Source of the DNA: Octopus sinensis
Lineage: Eukaryota
Length of the DNA: 64,000 nt
Reading direction: 5' to 3'
NCBI RefSeq assembly: GCF_006345805.1
Contig: NC_042997.1
Span: 187,364,001-187,428,000, forward strand
Part shown: piece after piece, positions 38,015 through 51,639 of the stretch
Position numbering within the stretch: position 1 is the first letter of the stretch
Layout of the letters: each line of letters opens with the position of its first letter
Translations under genes and position numbers: made by a program
Notes under the pieces: model-generated
The model's database searches: none
Seen by the model: only the letters and a program-made list of their open reading frames with translations
What the model was told of the DNA's origin: nothing

Positions 38015-39460
38015 TCATTTATTTGCCACAAGAACGAATGATGAGGGGACAATACAGAGACTGACATAAAGTGTGGGTGTTTACATATAATAATGAAATG
38101 AAGAAAAAAGAAAATAAAGTATACACAGTAAACACTAGAAAAAAAAGGGATATATGCATAGCATACTAAGGTAAAAAAAATTACAAAAAAAAAGAAAAAG
38201 AAAATGGTGGGGAGGATGATACAGATGTGGCCCTTCCTGATGCAGGAATACCTCTAGGGATCACTGAGGAACCTCACTGTCCGAGATTTCCCTGAAATTC
38301 TTGGAGCAAGTGCCCCCTCCAATTCCTTCTCTCCAGGTCTACACTCTTGCCATTTTTGCAACTTTCTCCCACCTTTCAGTAAATTCACTCGAGGATAGCA
38401 CTTCTCTCTCCATTCTCAGCTTCCTTTTGAAGTGAAATTTGGAAAGTCAATGAGTGCTCTGCCAAAGAGGAATGTATCTGCCCTCATGCCTTTCAGCCTT
38501 GTCCACCAAACAACCTCTTTCGCCACAGCCACCAGGCAAAGGAAGACTGCCTTGCCTGCCCAATTGAAGGAGAGCAATCATCACTACAGATTAGGCCAAC
38601 AGACGGATCCGCCCTACATGTGACAGCAGCTATTCAACATAACCCCACAAGTCAGCAATACCCACACACTGAACAAGGGCATGCAGAATGGTTTCATCAC
38701 TTTGCACGCACCTTAGACAAGCCCATCTGACAGCACATCTGTGCCTGTAAAGTTTAAACTGAACTGGTAGTAACCTCCGGTAGCACTGCCTGGCCAAGAA
38801 CATCTGGAAATTATCCATGATAGTTCCCGACGGGAAAGTCCTTCAGAATAGATTAGCCAGTTCATTCTCATCAGCACCCAAAGTCTCCCTGAGAACATTG
38901 TCACGCATCCCTTCCACAAATCCTCTATAAATTTCTAAAGTGGAACGTCCACCAATTCCAATGCCCGACTGGTTGAGGGTTGTGAACATCTGACAGCATT
39001 CTAGGTGCCAGGGACCCAGTCTTGGTCTTTTCTTTACCTATGGCAGCAGCACTGCCAAGGGGATGAGCTGTGGAAAGACGAACCTCACAAATGGAGCCCA
39101 CACACGCTCACCATCCAGAAATCATTGCAGGTGGCATAACCTAAGTGAATGTCTGCACATTAGGAGCCATGGCATACTTAATCTGCCACTCAGAGGATGC
39201 TGGCAACAGGCTGAGTGTCTAATCATCGGAACACATCTCTTCCACAAGAATTTAAATAAGAGACACTGCAGCCCGGTCAAGCAGAACTTGAACAAGGCAT
39301 GACGATCAGGTGATAAATGATAATGGTGGCAATGTAAGCATTCACCACCTCTGCCTGACCTTTCAGGGACAGCTTTCTTTCAGCCCATTTCTGGGTAAGA
39401 CTGGCCACCCTGTTTGCCATCTTGTCCCAGTTCTTATCAACCTGGAGTTCAGGACCAAAC
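38015..39460 (-). pseudogene. Tx1/L1-clade LINE 3' part, decayed
   Basis: NWDKMANRV..WAERKLSLKGQAEVVNAYI and CCHC finger CLRC..ETILHALVQC; AATAAA then (ATC)n(ATT)n at the 3' end. Confidence 0.85.
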
Positions 39461-39496
39461 CAAGTAAAATTGTGGTCATTGCTGGTGTTTTGTAAC

Positions 39497-39695
39497 TGGT
39501 ACCTGTGCTGGTGGCATGTAAAAGGCACCCACTATGCTCTTGGAGTGGTTGGCGTTAGGAAGGGCATCGAGCTGTAGAAACCAAGCAAAAACAGACTGGA
39601 ACCTGGTGCAGCTCTCCGGCTTACCAGTTCTAGTCAAACCGTCTAACCCATGCCAGCATGGAAAGCAGACGTTAAATGATGATGATGATGATGAT
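39497..39695 (+). mobile_element. Family B tail
   Basis: Family B block and (GAT)n. Confidence 0.8.
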
Positions 39696-40375
39696 ACAGA
39701 GGTGCTTTGGGTTGTTTAGAACCTGAAAAGTAAAAGTAATTGTAAATATTTGATACAGGTAAGATAACATAGCAAAAGGGAGGAGACACCAACAATAACA
39801 ACGACAACAACAACAACAGAAAGAGCAACAACAACATCAGCAGCGACGATGCTACACCACCATCATCATTGGTGGACAACACTCGACACCCTGTTGCTTG
39901 TGAGGCAAGGTAGCATTGTTAGGATTTACTTCGTTAATTAGTAACGGCTTCTGTAATGTAACACTCAGATAAACCCAGCCATACTAGATAAAAAAAACAA
40001 ACAAAAACAAAAAAACATACGGATTGATTGACATCTCAGCAGCCTCTTAAACAATAGCAACATAACAAATAGTAAAGCAATATGAAATAATGCCTATGCA
40101 TTTTCACATGCAACCACTCACACACACACACACACACCACACACACACTACTTATAAATTTACATGCTGTCAACAACCCTGAGTCTCTCCCACTTACTGG
40201 CTCTCCTTCAGCACACACCACAAGACACACACACATGTATATATATATATATATATATGCATACTCACTCAGTATATAAATATACATATATTATGCACAC
40301 ACTGTATATGTATCCATGTACATATTTATACACCAAACAAACACATATATGCATGTGTATGTGTGTGTGCATAAG

Positions 40376-40406
<31 letters not shown>

Positions 40407-41588
40407 ACATTCAAACATTGTATATGCATGTATGTGTATGCATATGCACACATACTTACATAGATACATACATTCATAGATACAAATATACATTCATACA
40501 TACTCATACACACAAACACATGCAATATAATCAAGTACATACTCAGACAATATATCATACATACGCACATGTATCTGTGAGTATGAATGTGTGTGCATAA
40601 ATATATATATTTACATACAAACACTGTATAATACATACATACATACATACATACATACATACATACATACATACATACATACATACATACATACATACAT
40701 ACATACATGCATGCATGCATGTATGCATGTGTGTATACATTTACATAGACATATGCTGCCTATATACACTCATATGTGTGTTGTGTACATTTTTCTGTAT
40801 GTGTAAATTAGGGCTGCACTGATAGTACTTACCACTCCACTTTGAAATCCCACCCTTTTCATGCCAGAGGTAGTAGCAGTGTGTGGGTGTGTGTGTGTAT
40901 GTGAAAATTAATTGCAATTCATATCAATTTCAGTGATATTTTGACTCAACAATGTATATACAAGAATGTATGTTAATGTGTGTGTTGTGTGTGGTGTGTG
41001 TGTGTGTTAGTGGTTATTAGTTTTTCTTGTTAACTATTTCAGAAGGGGAGGACAGATGAGTTGGTTGCTTTCCTTTTTTATTTTCTTCCATTGATATCTT
41101 GTCACTCTGCATCACCCATCATGAACTCTGCTACCACCACCACCACCACCACCACCAGCATTACTCTTTGGGTCAAAGTGGGCCACATGAGATACAATTT
41201 GTCATCAGGTGGGCCGCCCCAGTAAAAGCAAAAACACAAGGTAATTCTTTGCTAAGTGTACCATTTAGAAAGTCCCACAGAATGTTCAGTGGTACACAGT
41301 TTAACCCATGACTGCTCTATATAGACTTTCAACTTGACAGAAATGACAACCAAATCTCCCTTAACCCTAGTATATTCAGATTATTTTGTCAAATGTAATG
41401 CTTATTTATTCACATTGTTCTTTAACACTTTAGCTTTAAACCGGCCATATCCAGCCCAGATAGTCTACCTGTTTTATGCTAAAACTGACCAGATCAGGCC
41501 TGTCACACCTACTCTGCAATGCCATTCTAAAAACAGACCATTCTAAAAACAGACAATCATATCTTCAAAATATCTAAGCTACAACATT

Positions 41589-41931
41589 GGTGCAGGAGTG
41601 GCTGTGTGGTAAGTAGCTTGCTTACCAACCGCATGGGTCCGGGTTCAGTCCCACTGCGTAGTGCCCTGGGCAAGTGTCTCCCAACTTTAGCCTCAGGCAA
41701 ACCAAAGCCTTGTGAGTGGATTTGGTTGATGGAAACTGAAAGAAGCCTGTCATATATATATATATATATAATATATATATGTTTGTGTGTGTATGTGTGT
41801 GTACATGTTTGTGTGTCTGTGTTTGTCCACCCCACCATTGCTTGACAACCAATGTTGGTGTGCTTATGTCCCCGTAACTTAGTAGTTCGGCACAAGTGAT
41901 CGATAGAATAAGTATTAAGCTTACAAAGAAT
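41589..41931 (+). mobile_element. SINE family A, 3'-truncated
   Basis: Consensus match. Confidence 0.85.
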
Positions 41932-42349
41932 AATTTGTAAGAATAATTTTAGGATAACATTGTATGGTAGTGTGAGAGGTCAGATCCAGCCAGTTTGAAC
42001 ATATCACATGTAGAATATTTTGGCCGGACATGACCGGAGTAAATGCTAAAAGATCGAATCACTCCCAACAGTTTTAGAAAAAGATGTGTTCAATAATGTG
42101 ATTCTGGGTTACCTGCAGAGAGGGAAAAGGCAGGATAGACAAGGCTGGAATGCTTTCGATCATAGGTCTGGTCTATCGGATTAAGGTTGACCTAGGGTTA
42201 AAGAGCAGCAGCAACAACCACATATCTACCAGACTTTTGTTATTTTCTCGTGATTGATTATCAAATGAAACCTAAGATTGAATAAAATATAGCAAAATAA
42301 ATAAAATCACATTTAATGTTTACCATTAGGTCAGAACACACAGGCACAC

Positions 42350-42403
<54 letters not shown>

Positions 42404-42722
42404 CACACACACACGTAAACACGCATGTACACAAGCACATAGGTACACATACGTACACATGTACACAAGCACATACATACACACATGTATATGCATGTAT
42501 ATATGCACATACATTCATGCACATACAAACACACGTGCACACATGTCTATGCATTCTAACATTATCTGTTTGTGTTTGAATGTTTGTGTGTGTGAGTGTG
42601 TATGTGTGCATATATATGTGTGTGTATATCTATATATCTGTGTTTATTTATCTATCTATCTATCTCACTCTCTCTCTCTCTCTCTCTATGCAATATATAT
42701 GTATATATATAAGTATATATAA

Positions 42723-42765
<43 letters not shown>

Positions 42766-43138
42766 CATACATACATATATATATATACAATATATATGCA
42801 TATGTATATATAAATAATATATGTATATATGTGTGTGTGTGTGAGTGTATGAGGGTGTGTTTATGTATCAATTATATATATATGTGCATGTCTGTATATA
42901 GATATGCATACATGTGTTTGCATGTGTATGTATGAACATATATATATGTATGTATGTATATATATATATTTATATACATATATGTATATATACACACAAA
43001 TACACACACACCGACACACATTCATTCATTCATGCATGTATGTACATTTGTGTGTGTATAACCTCTCTCACAAACACACATGCATGCATATCTATATATC
43101 CACATATACACTCGCATAATGCACCTCTGTATATATAT

Positions 43139-43206
<68 letters not shown>

Positions 43207-43663
43207 TATATATATATATATATATATAATATAATGCATACATGTACATCGATAATCAATTGATGTGATAGATTTTCACATTAGTCTCGGACTCAACCCT
43301 GGACAATGCTAGTAATCAATTGTAGCTATGGAAACAGATGCTGCTCCTGTTATCTAAATTGCATGTTTAACATCTGCAAAGAGAAAAGAAAAGAGGGGGA
43401 AAAAAATAATATTTTAGAAGGGAGCCAGTGCGTTTTCTCTGAATGCTTGTGAGAAACTGAAAAAAAATCACAAAAGACACCCATGTACTAGGTAGCAGTG
43501 TTAAATCAAGCAATACATATCTGTCTGTCTATCTATGTGTCTGTCTGTGTATGTATATTATATAAATGTATTATATATATATATATATATATATATATTT
43601 GCCATGGTAGATCGCTGGCCACTACACATTCTTTATTTTCTCTCCTTGTTTCTTTCTGTGTTC

Positions 43664-43699
43664 CTTTCTGTGGAAGAGCATAGGTTCAAAATGTTAAAG
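43664..43699 (+). ncRNA. Degenerate minimal hammerhead, same family as 16922-16957, in a (TA)n-flanked module ~43600-43790
   Basis: CTTT-CTGTGGA-AGAGC-ATAG-GtTC-aAAA-tG-TT-AAAG. Confidence 0.4.
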
Positions 43700-43854
43700 A
43701 CTTTTTCACTTCCCGAGCGTTATACTAATACATCTGTTTGTTGTCTACACCACCTGCCTTCATCTTTTGTTTTTTTCTGTGAATTCTCCCTATATATATA
43801 TATATGTATATATTTTATTTTATATATAAGTATAAATGTGTGAGTGTGTATATG

Positions 43855-43885
<31 letters not shown>

Positions 43886-43925
43886 TACTATATCAAATGA
43901 TATATATATATATATATATATACAT

Positions 43926-44270
43926 GGGTGTGGCTGTGTGGTAAAATGCTTGCTTCCCAACTGCATGGTTCTGGGTTCAGTCCCACTGGTTTGCGTCTTG
44001 GGCAAGTGTCTTCTACTATAGCTTCAAACCAGCCAAAGCCTTGTGAGTGGATTTAGTAGACGGACACTGAAAGAAGCCTGTCGTGTGTGTGTGTGTGTGT
44101 GTGTATGTTTGTTCCACACCACTGCTTGGCAACCGGTGTTGGTTTGTTTACGTACCTGTAACTTCGTGGATCTGCAAAAGAGACCAATAAAATGAGTACC
44201 AGGTTTAAAAAAAGTACCTGTGTTACCCTAGCATGGCCACAGTCTAATGACTGAAGCATGTAAAAGACAG
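43926..44270 (+). mobile_element. SINE family A variant
   Basis: Consensus match. Confidence 0.8.
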
Positions 44271-44768
44271 AAAATAAAAGATGTGTATTTGTGTGTGTGT
44301 GTGTGTGTGTGTGTTTATAGATGTATATGTGTGTGTGCGTTTATATATATATGTGTGTGTTACTGTACGTGTGTGTGTGTGTGTGATTGGATATGTTAAG
44401 AACAGTGAAAGGCAAATATGAATTTTTGTATGGTTCAAATGAATCTGTTAGAATTGTTGCCTGATCAGTTTGGTGACAATTGCGAGATGATGAACTTGAC
44501 CAAAGTTGTCTTCTTTGGCTGAAGTAACCTCATCTACCATTAATAAAATGCCAGAGAGATTTCAGTGGCATTCAACAGAGGAGAGTGACAAACCTCAGTG
44601 GACACACAGACAGGTCATTATGACTGATCAAGGTTGTATGTGGATGTCAGAGATTGGTTGAAAGTGGCAGAAAATGTGTATGTGTTAGAGAGAGAGAGAG
44701 AGAGAGAAAGAGAGAAGAGAATGAAATATATTATATATATAATGTGTGTATATATATATATATATATA

Positions 44769-45056
44769 ATATTACATACATATAAGAGTGATGACCTGTA
44801 AGTGGACGTCCATTATGCTAGAAGAAGGTCCGTTATGGTCTTACCACTAAGAAAGAAATGTTCTCAGAAAATGTTCTCAGCAAATACCAGAACGTAAGCG
44901 AGCAAGACAAAAGAAAAGATACAAAATATATTACCTTCTGGCATTTGCTAAATTTTCTTGAGAACATTCCTTTCTTAATGGTAAAACCATAGTGGGTCTT
45001 CTTCTAGCATAATAGATGTCCACTTACAGGTCATCCCTCTTATATGTATGTGATAT
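44769..45056. mobile_element. Foldback MITE with ~125-bp inverted arms
   Basis: ATATAAGAG.GATGACCTGTAAGTGGAC..ATTATGCTAGAAGAAG mirrored at the right end; ~35-bp spacer. Confidence 0.8.
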
Positions 45057-45445
45057 ATTTTTTTTTGAAACTTCAGATTTTTCAATATGCTAGACCACTG
45101 GTTTTAAATTTATATTAATCAAATTAATATTCAATTTTTCACTCTTATTATTTTAAATATATATGTAAAAATTCGATTGGAGGTTGTGTTAACTCATGAA
45201 GGCATGGTTCCATCCAAGGAAATACTGGTTCAATACCTGGTATTTTGGGAAAATTAATTTCCTTAAAATAATAGGTATATATAGAAAAACAGATAGTTTA
45301 TATTTATATAAAAAAGAAAAAGAAAATGGCGATTGAATAGTTAATAACTGTTTATTATTAATAGCAAATTAATCATCATCCTAGAGATGAGGAATAATTT
45401 GCTGTTAAACAATTATTACTTCCCAATCACCATTTTCTCTTTCTT

Positions 45446-45492
<47 letters not shown>

Positions 45493-45682
45493 GTGTGTAT
45501 AATTTGAGAGAAAATCTCTTTTTTCTATATGGTGTGAATAATATCTTTCACTATTGAATTGTTTAAAATAGAAGTTTTTCTCTGATATATACATATATTT
45601 TATATTGTGAAATTTGATTTAGAATTGCTAAATTGAATTTCTCCCTGTAAGTTTGGAATTATATTCCCTACTATCATCATCA

Positions 45683-45718
<36 letters not shown>

Positions 45719-46104
45719 TTATATGTATATATACACAGAGACAGAGAGAGTAGTGTGTGTGTACATGTTTGTGTGTGTGTGTGTCTGAGAGAGAAAGAGG
45801 AGTGGTGAAACAGGAGAGAAGGGCAGTAGGGAAGAAAATGAAAGTAAAAAGAAAAGCAGGAATGAAAGAGGGAAAGCAATGAATGAAAGAATGAAAGAAA
45901 AAAGTAGACAGGGAAGAGAGAGAAATAAAAGAATGAGTTAAAAGAAAAATAAGAAAAAAAAGAAGAGAAGAAAACTGAAAATATGCAAGGAAAGAAAGAA
46001 GGAAATCAGGAATGAGTTGTTTCTGCTGTTTAGTTTTGGGTCAGTCTTGATCTTTTCATTCTTCATTCCACCATGACCACGAAGGCCACCAAGGCCACCA
46101 AGGC

Positions 46105-46204
46105 NNNNNNNNNNNNNNNNNNNNNNNNNNNNNNNNNNNNNNNNNNNNNNNNNNNNNNNNNNNNNNNNNNNNNNNNNNNNNNNNNNNNNNNNNNNNNNNN
46201 NNNN
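46105..46204. other. Assembly gap (100 N)
   Basis: N run; true size unknown. Confidence 1.
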
Positions 46205-46990
46205 ATGAATGAATGAATGTATGTATGCATGTATATATATATATGTATATACATACATATCTATATATATAATATATATATAGATAATATATATATATAT
46301 CTATATATATATATATATACACACGTGTGTGTGTGTGTATATATATCTATATATATGAATGAATAAATGTATATATCTATGTATATATACATACACTGAT
46401 ATTGTATATATATATATTATATATGAGTGTATGTATGTATGAATGAAAAAAATATATATATATTTATAAACTCTGTAGAAACTCTGGCAAATCCAGATTG
46501 TAGCCCGGGTGCAACCATCTGGTTCGCCAGCCCTCAGTCAAAAATTGTCCACCCATGCTAGCATGGAAAGCGGACGTTCAACGATGATGGATGATGATGA
46601 TGATATATATATATATATTATTAATGAATATATATATGTATATATATATGTATGAATGATTGTATATAGGTGTATATGAATGAATGTGTGTGTATATATA
46701 TATGAATGACTATGAATATATGTAGATATAAGAAGGAATGTATGTATATATATTTTTGAATGTATGTGTGTGTATATTATATATATTTATATATATGTAT
46801 GAATGAATGTATACATGTACATGTATGAATGAATGTATGTATTTATATATATATATATGAATGAATGCATATACATATATATAATATGTATATGAATATA
46901 TATGTATGCATGTATATATGTATACATGTATGAATGTGTGTGTATATATATACATATATATGTACACACACACATATGACACAATGCATA

Positions 46991-47027
<37 letters not shown>

Positions 47028-47279
47028 AAAATAATTTATATATAGATATCTATCAGTTAATGTCTGCTTTCTATGCTCTCAAGTGTTGGACAGTTTGACT
47101 GAAAGCTGGTCAGCCAGGGGCTGTACCAGTTTCCATTCAAGATCTCTACATCTAGATGCCAATTGTGATGGTGCGGGTAGCTGTGGGTGGGAGTGCATCC
47201 ATTAACTTTCACACATATATATGTATAGATGAGTGTTTATATTTTTTTAGAATGTGAATATATACATATGAATAAATAA

Positions 47280-47407
47280 ATATACGTATGTATATAATAT
47301 ATATATATGTGTGTGTATTCGTATATATATATGTGTATGTATATATTTATATATATGTATGTATATATTTATATACACTTGTGTATATTTATACATGTGT
47401 GTATATA

Positions 47408-47438
<31 letters not shown>

Positions 47439-47705
47439 TTATGTATGTATATTTATGTATGTATACATATATATGCATTTATATATATATATATATGTAT
47501 GTATATATATGTATATAAATATGTGTATGTATATATATGTATATAAATATGTATATATATATGTATGTATATATATGTGCATATATGTATATATATATGT
47601 ATGTATATATATGTGCATATATGTATATATATATGTATGTATTATATGTGCATATATGATATATATATGTATGTATATATATGTGCATATATATATATGT
47701 ATTTT

Positions 47706-47738
<33 letters not shown>

Positions 47739-48740
47739 GTATGCGTGTATATATATATATATGTATGCGTGTATATATATATATATATATGTATGCGTGT
47801 ATATATATATATATATATATATGCATGCATATATATATGTAAGGATATATATATATATATACATATATATATGTATATCATATATATATACATATATATA
47901 CATGTGTATATATGTATGTATATATACATGTGTATACATGTGTATATATGTATGTATATATACATGTGTATACATGTGTATATATGTATGTATATATATG
48001 TGTATATATGTATGTATATATATGTGTATATATGTATGTATATATATATGTGTATATATGTATGTATATATATATGTGTATATATGTATGTATATATACA
48101 TGTGCATATATATGTATGTATATATACATGTGTATATATATATATATATGTATGTATATATACATGTGTGTATATATATATATATGTATGTATATATACA
48201 TGTGCATATATATGTGTGTATATATATATATATATATGTATATTTCTGCATTTATAAATGTATATAAATATATGTATATATGAAAATGTATGAATGTATA
48301 TATTTATGTATATATCTATGTTTATATATATATATAAATATGCATAAATATGTATGTTATGTATGTTTATATGTATGTCTATATATATGCGTGTATTATA
48401 TGTATATATATATATGTGTATGTATAATATAGGTATGTATATACATATACACACACATATATATACATGTATAATATATATATATGTATAATATATATAT
48501 ATATGTATGTATACATATGCTTGTATATGTATATATATGCATGTATATAAATATATGCGTGTATATATATGTATTTACATAAATATATATATATATATAT
48601 ATACGTGTGTAAATGTATGTATATATGTGGAAAGATGTATGAATGTGTATTTGTATGAATATAAGTATGCATGTATGTGTAAATGTATATATGTAAATAC
48701 GTATGTGTATATATGTTTGTATTAATATATATATATGAGA
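47280..48740. repeat. ~1.5-kb compound TA/TG/CA microsatellite with higher-order units
   Basis: For example CATGTGTATATATGTATGTATATATA repeated. Confidence 0.95.
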
Positions 48741-50992
48741 GAGATTGGTATTTTATTTCAGTCCATAAATGTATGCATACTTACATACACACACACGCGT
48801 CTATATACACACATATCTATATGAAGTTATAGGTATATACACATATGCTTGTCTGTGTACATATATATAGATATGCTAGTGATTATATATGTATGCAAAT
48901 ATGTACTCATAAAGGGTATGACTTTATTCTTGTACGTACAGTTACATATATTACGTATGCGTATATAATTATGCATTGTGTGCGTCCGTACTTTTTTCTA
49001 TAGGTGCTCGTGTATACATTCGTATATATGATGTGTATGTTTTTAATATTTATATTCTCACATGATCGTAATATCGCAAATAATCTACAACTAAGTAGAG
49101 AAACCTGTACTGTATAATTGGAAATTTACAATGTTTGCTTGTAAAATATATTCACACACACACAATTGACAATAATAATCATTATTATAGAGCATTCTAG
49201 CAGTAGTCTTATCTTGTATATTTAGTTATGAGCATACGTTTTCTCTGTGACTTAAAAAATTCCTATTATTCTCCTCCACTGCACAAGAATTGAATTATCC
49301 AATTAACATCAATATTTCTGAGCTTATAATAATAACAACAAACATTTTTCTCAGCTTTTCGCTCACAACTAGCCATTCCCCCACGACTTGCCCAACGAAA
49401 TCACCAGGCTTGCGACAACGTACATATACATGAAGCTTTCTTTCCTCTCCATGAGTGCTTGGTGGTGAATTTGCGATTCTTGTGCCTCATCCATATTTAA
49501 AGCGCACACACGCATCAGTGTATCTGTGATCCCTTTCTCTCCGACTGTGCGTGTGTGTATTATATATATACACATTTACATACGTACACACACACATAGA
49601 ATATATGTATGTGTGTGTACAAAAACATATGCACACACACACACGCCAGCGAAAAACAGCATTTAATACATGTAGTAGATTCCTGTTTTTTTATATTGGT
49701 TCGAAGCTGATGATTCATCCAGTTGCTTCTGTTTTTTTCTCGCTACGTGCAAGCCTTCAGGCGACATATATGTATGAGAATGAATATATATTACATATAT
49801 AATATAATATATACATACACTCACTCACTCACACTTTTTGCGTGTGTGTTGTGTATTTATACACACGCATTCTCGCTCAACAATAAAATTATCCCACACA
49901 GACACGCATTACTTTCATGCAAACCCTAAGGTTTTTTCTGCCTTCAGTTGTACTTTAAACATTCGATTTGTTTCGAATAGTCTTTCTTATGAAGCAAACA
50001 TTTGCGAAACAGGGTTCAAACAATCTACTACTGGTTCTTATTTTATATCAATGAAAGATGACGTTTCTCCGTGGGGTTCGAACGAAGTTTATTTTACCAA
50101 ACATACATTGTATGAAAGCAGTAAATCTAGTGTCGAACGGTGGACCGCCTCGGCATTGTCAATTATTCTCTTTTGTTGCTTTTTTAAAAAATACTCGTGG
50201 ACCCTCGTAATGTGGGTGTGTGTTTCAGAGTATTTCAGGAGGTTCTTGTTGCATCCAGATCTATTTTTCTTTTTTTCTTCACTTCGTTGTCATTCCAATT
50301 CGAACTACTTTCACTTCGCTTCACGCACGAAGTTGATTTATTCCTCTTTAGGAAAAAGCATGCAGGCTTATAAAATTTCTTTTACTTTTCCGTTTCTTTT
50401 TCCTCTATAATATCTGAACATCTCTACTTAGAATGGATTTAATTAATTTTTATGTTACTAAGGCTCGTGTGAGTGTGCTTAAAACATAGAAGATAATTCT
50501 CTGGTCTCTCAACTGAACGAACGGTCATCATGGCAGGAAAAATTGGAAAAAAATTAGGAAAAATTCTCTCTTGTGACGAGATACAAGATCCTCTGTTATA
50601 TGGTTTTAAAGGGATACGGGCATTATTCGTTCTTAGGAATACTAGTGACTATAATGAAGGTTAGGAATTTTTCTTAGGAAGGGGCATATACACTGTATTA
50701 CTATTTGAAACAACATTCACTCACGCAGGTTTTGTTCTCCGAACGTGGAAAGAGAAATGTAAAAGTTTAGCACTGTTTACATAATCTTCAGTAAACTGAT
50801 GAAATAAGAAATATTATCTATCTCTCCCTCTTCTCTCTCTCTCTATATATATGCGTGTGTGCACATATATATATATGCACACACGCATATACACCCCAGA
50901 GTAAGCACATAAATGTGAAACAAGGTGGGGGAAAAATAGTACTCGAGTACCGGAGGTAGAGTAAATATGCTATATTATTAAAGCTGCAAAAC

Positions 50993-51083
50993 CATCACAA
51001 AAAACTGTTACTCAGAGTTTCAAGTTCCCGTTCGTCGACCCAAACTGTCCGACGAACGGAAACGAGTAACAGTTTTTGTGATG
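50993..51083. repeat. Palindrome made of two inverted, complementary-damaged hammerhead copies (CCGACGA core)
   Basis: Composite CTGT-CCGACGA-ACG..-GAAA-CTCTGAG-TA-ACAG; the left copy lacks a core C, the right copy lacks most of stem II. Confidence 0.5.
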
Positions 51084-51105
51084 TCTTTGCCTCTTTATTA
51101 ATAAA

Positions 51106-51144
<39 letters not shown>

Positions 51145-51514
51145 TATACAAAAATTTAGTTATGTAAACCTACTGCTTCTTTACCTCCTAGTACCAACAG
51201 TTTGTCAAGTTTATCCTATTTAAACTGTAATTAAGTTATACCTGTGTGTATGTATGGCATCGAGGGAAGATTATGCGTGTGTGTAAACACGTTATGTATT
51301 TTGACGTCTATCGACTACGTAGCCTTTATCATCTTTACCATCCCCTTACCACTGCTTTTCCATTCAAGTGTTCCTCTATCGACTTCAATTTCTTATGTTA
51401 ACTCTCTGTATCTCCCTTTATACTGTCTCTACTCCTCCTCTTTCTGTACATTGTGAAGCATGACCAGAAAAATTAACCAGCTAACATTTATATCAGCTAT
51501 TATATACATGTGTA

Positions 51515-51584
<70 letters not shown>

Positions 51585-51639
51585 CTATCTATCTACTATC
51601 TATCTACCTATCTATACACACGCACACACACATCTCAAT

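Noticed and set aside
47311-48454. Long ORFs (up to 318 aa) of Y/I/C/V/M/H/T
   Set aside because: Translations of dinucleotide microsatellites that lack stop codons; the same applies to most ORFs in the track.
49838-50410. 190-aa ORF
   Set aside because: No recognisable motif; F/S-rich composition typical of AT-rich non-coding DNA; non-ATG start.
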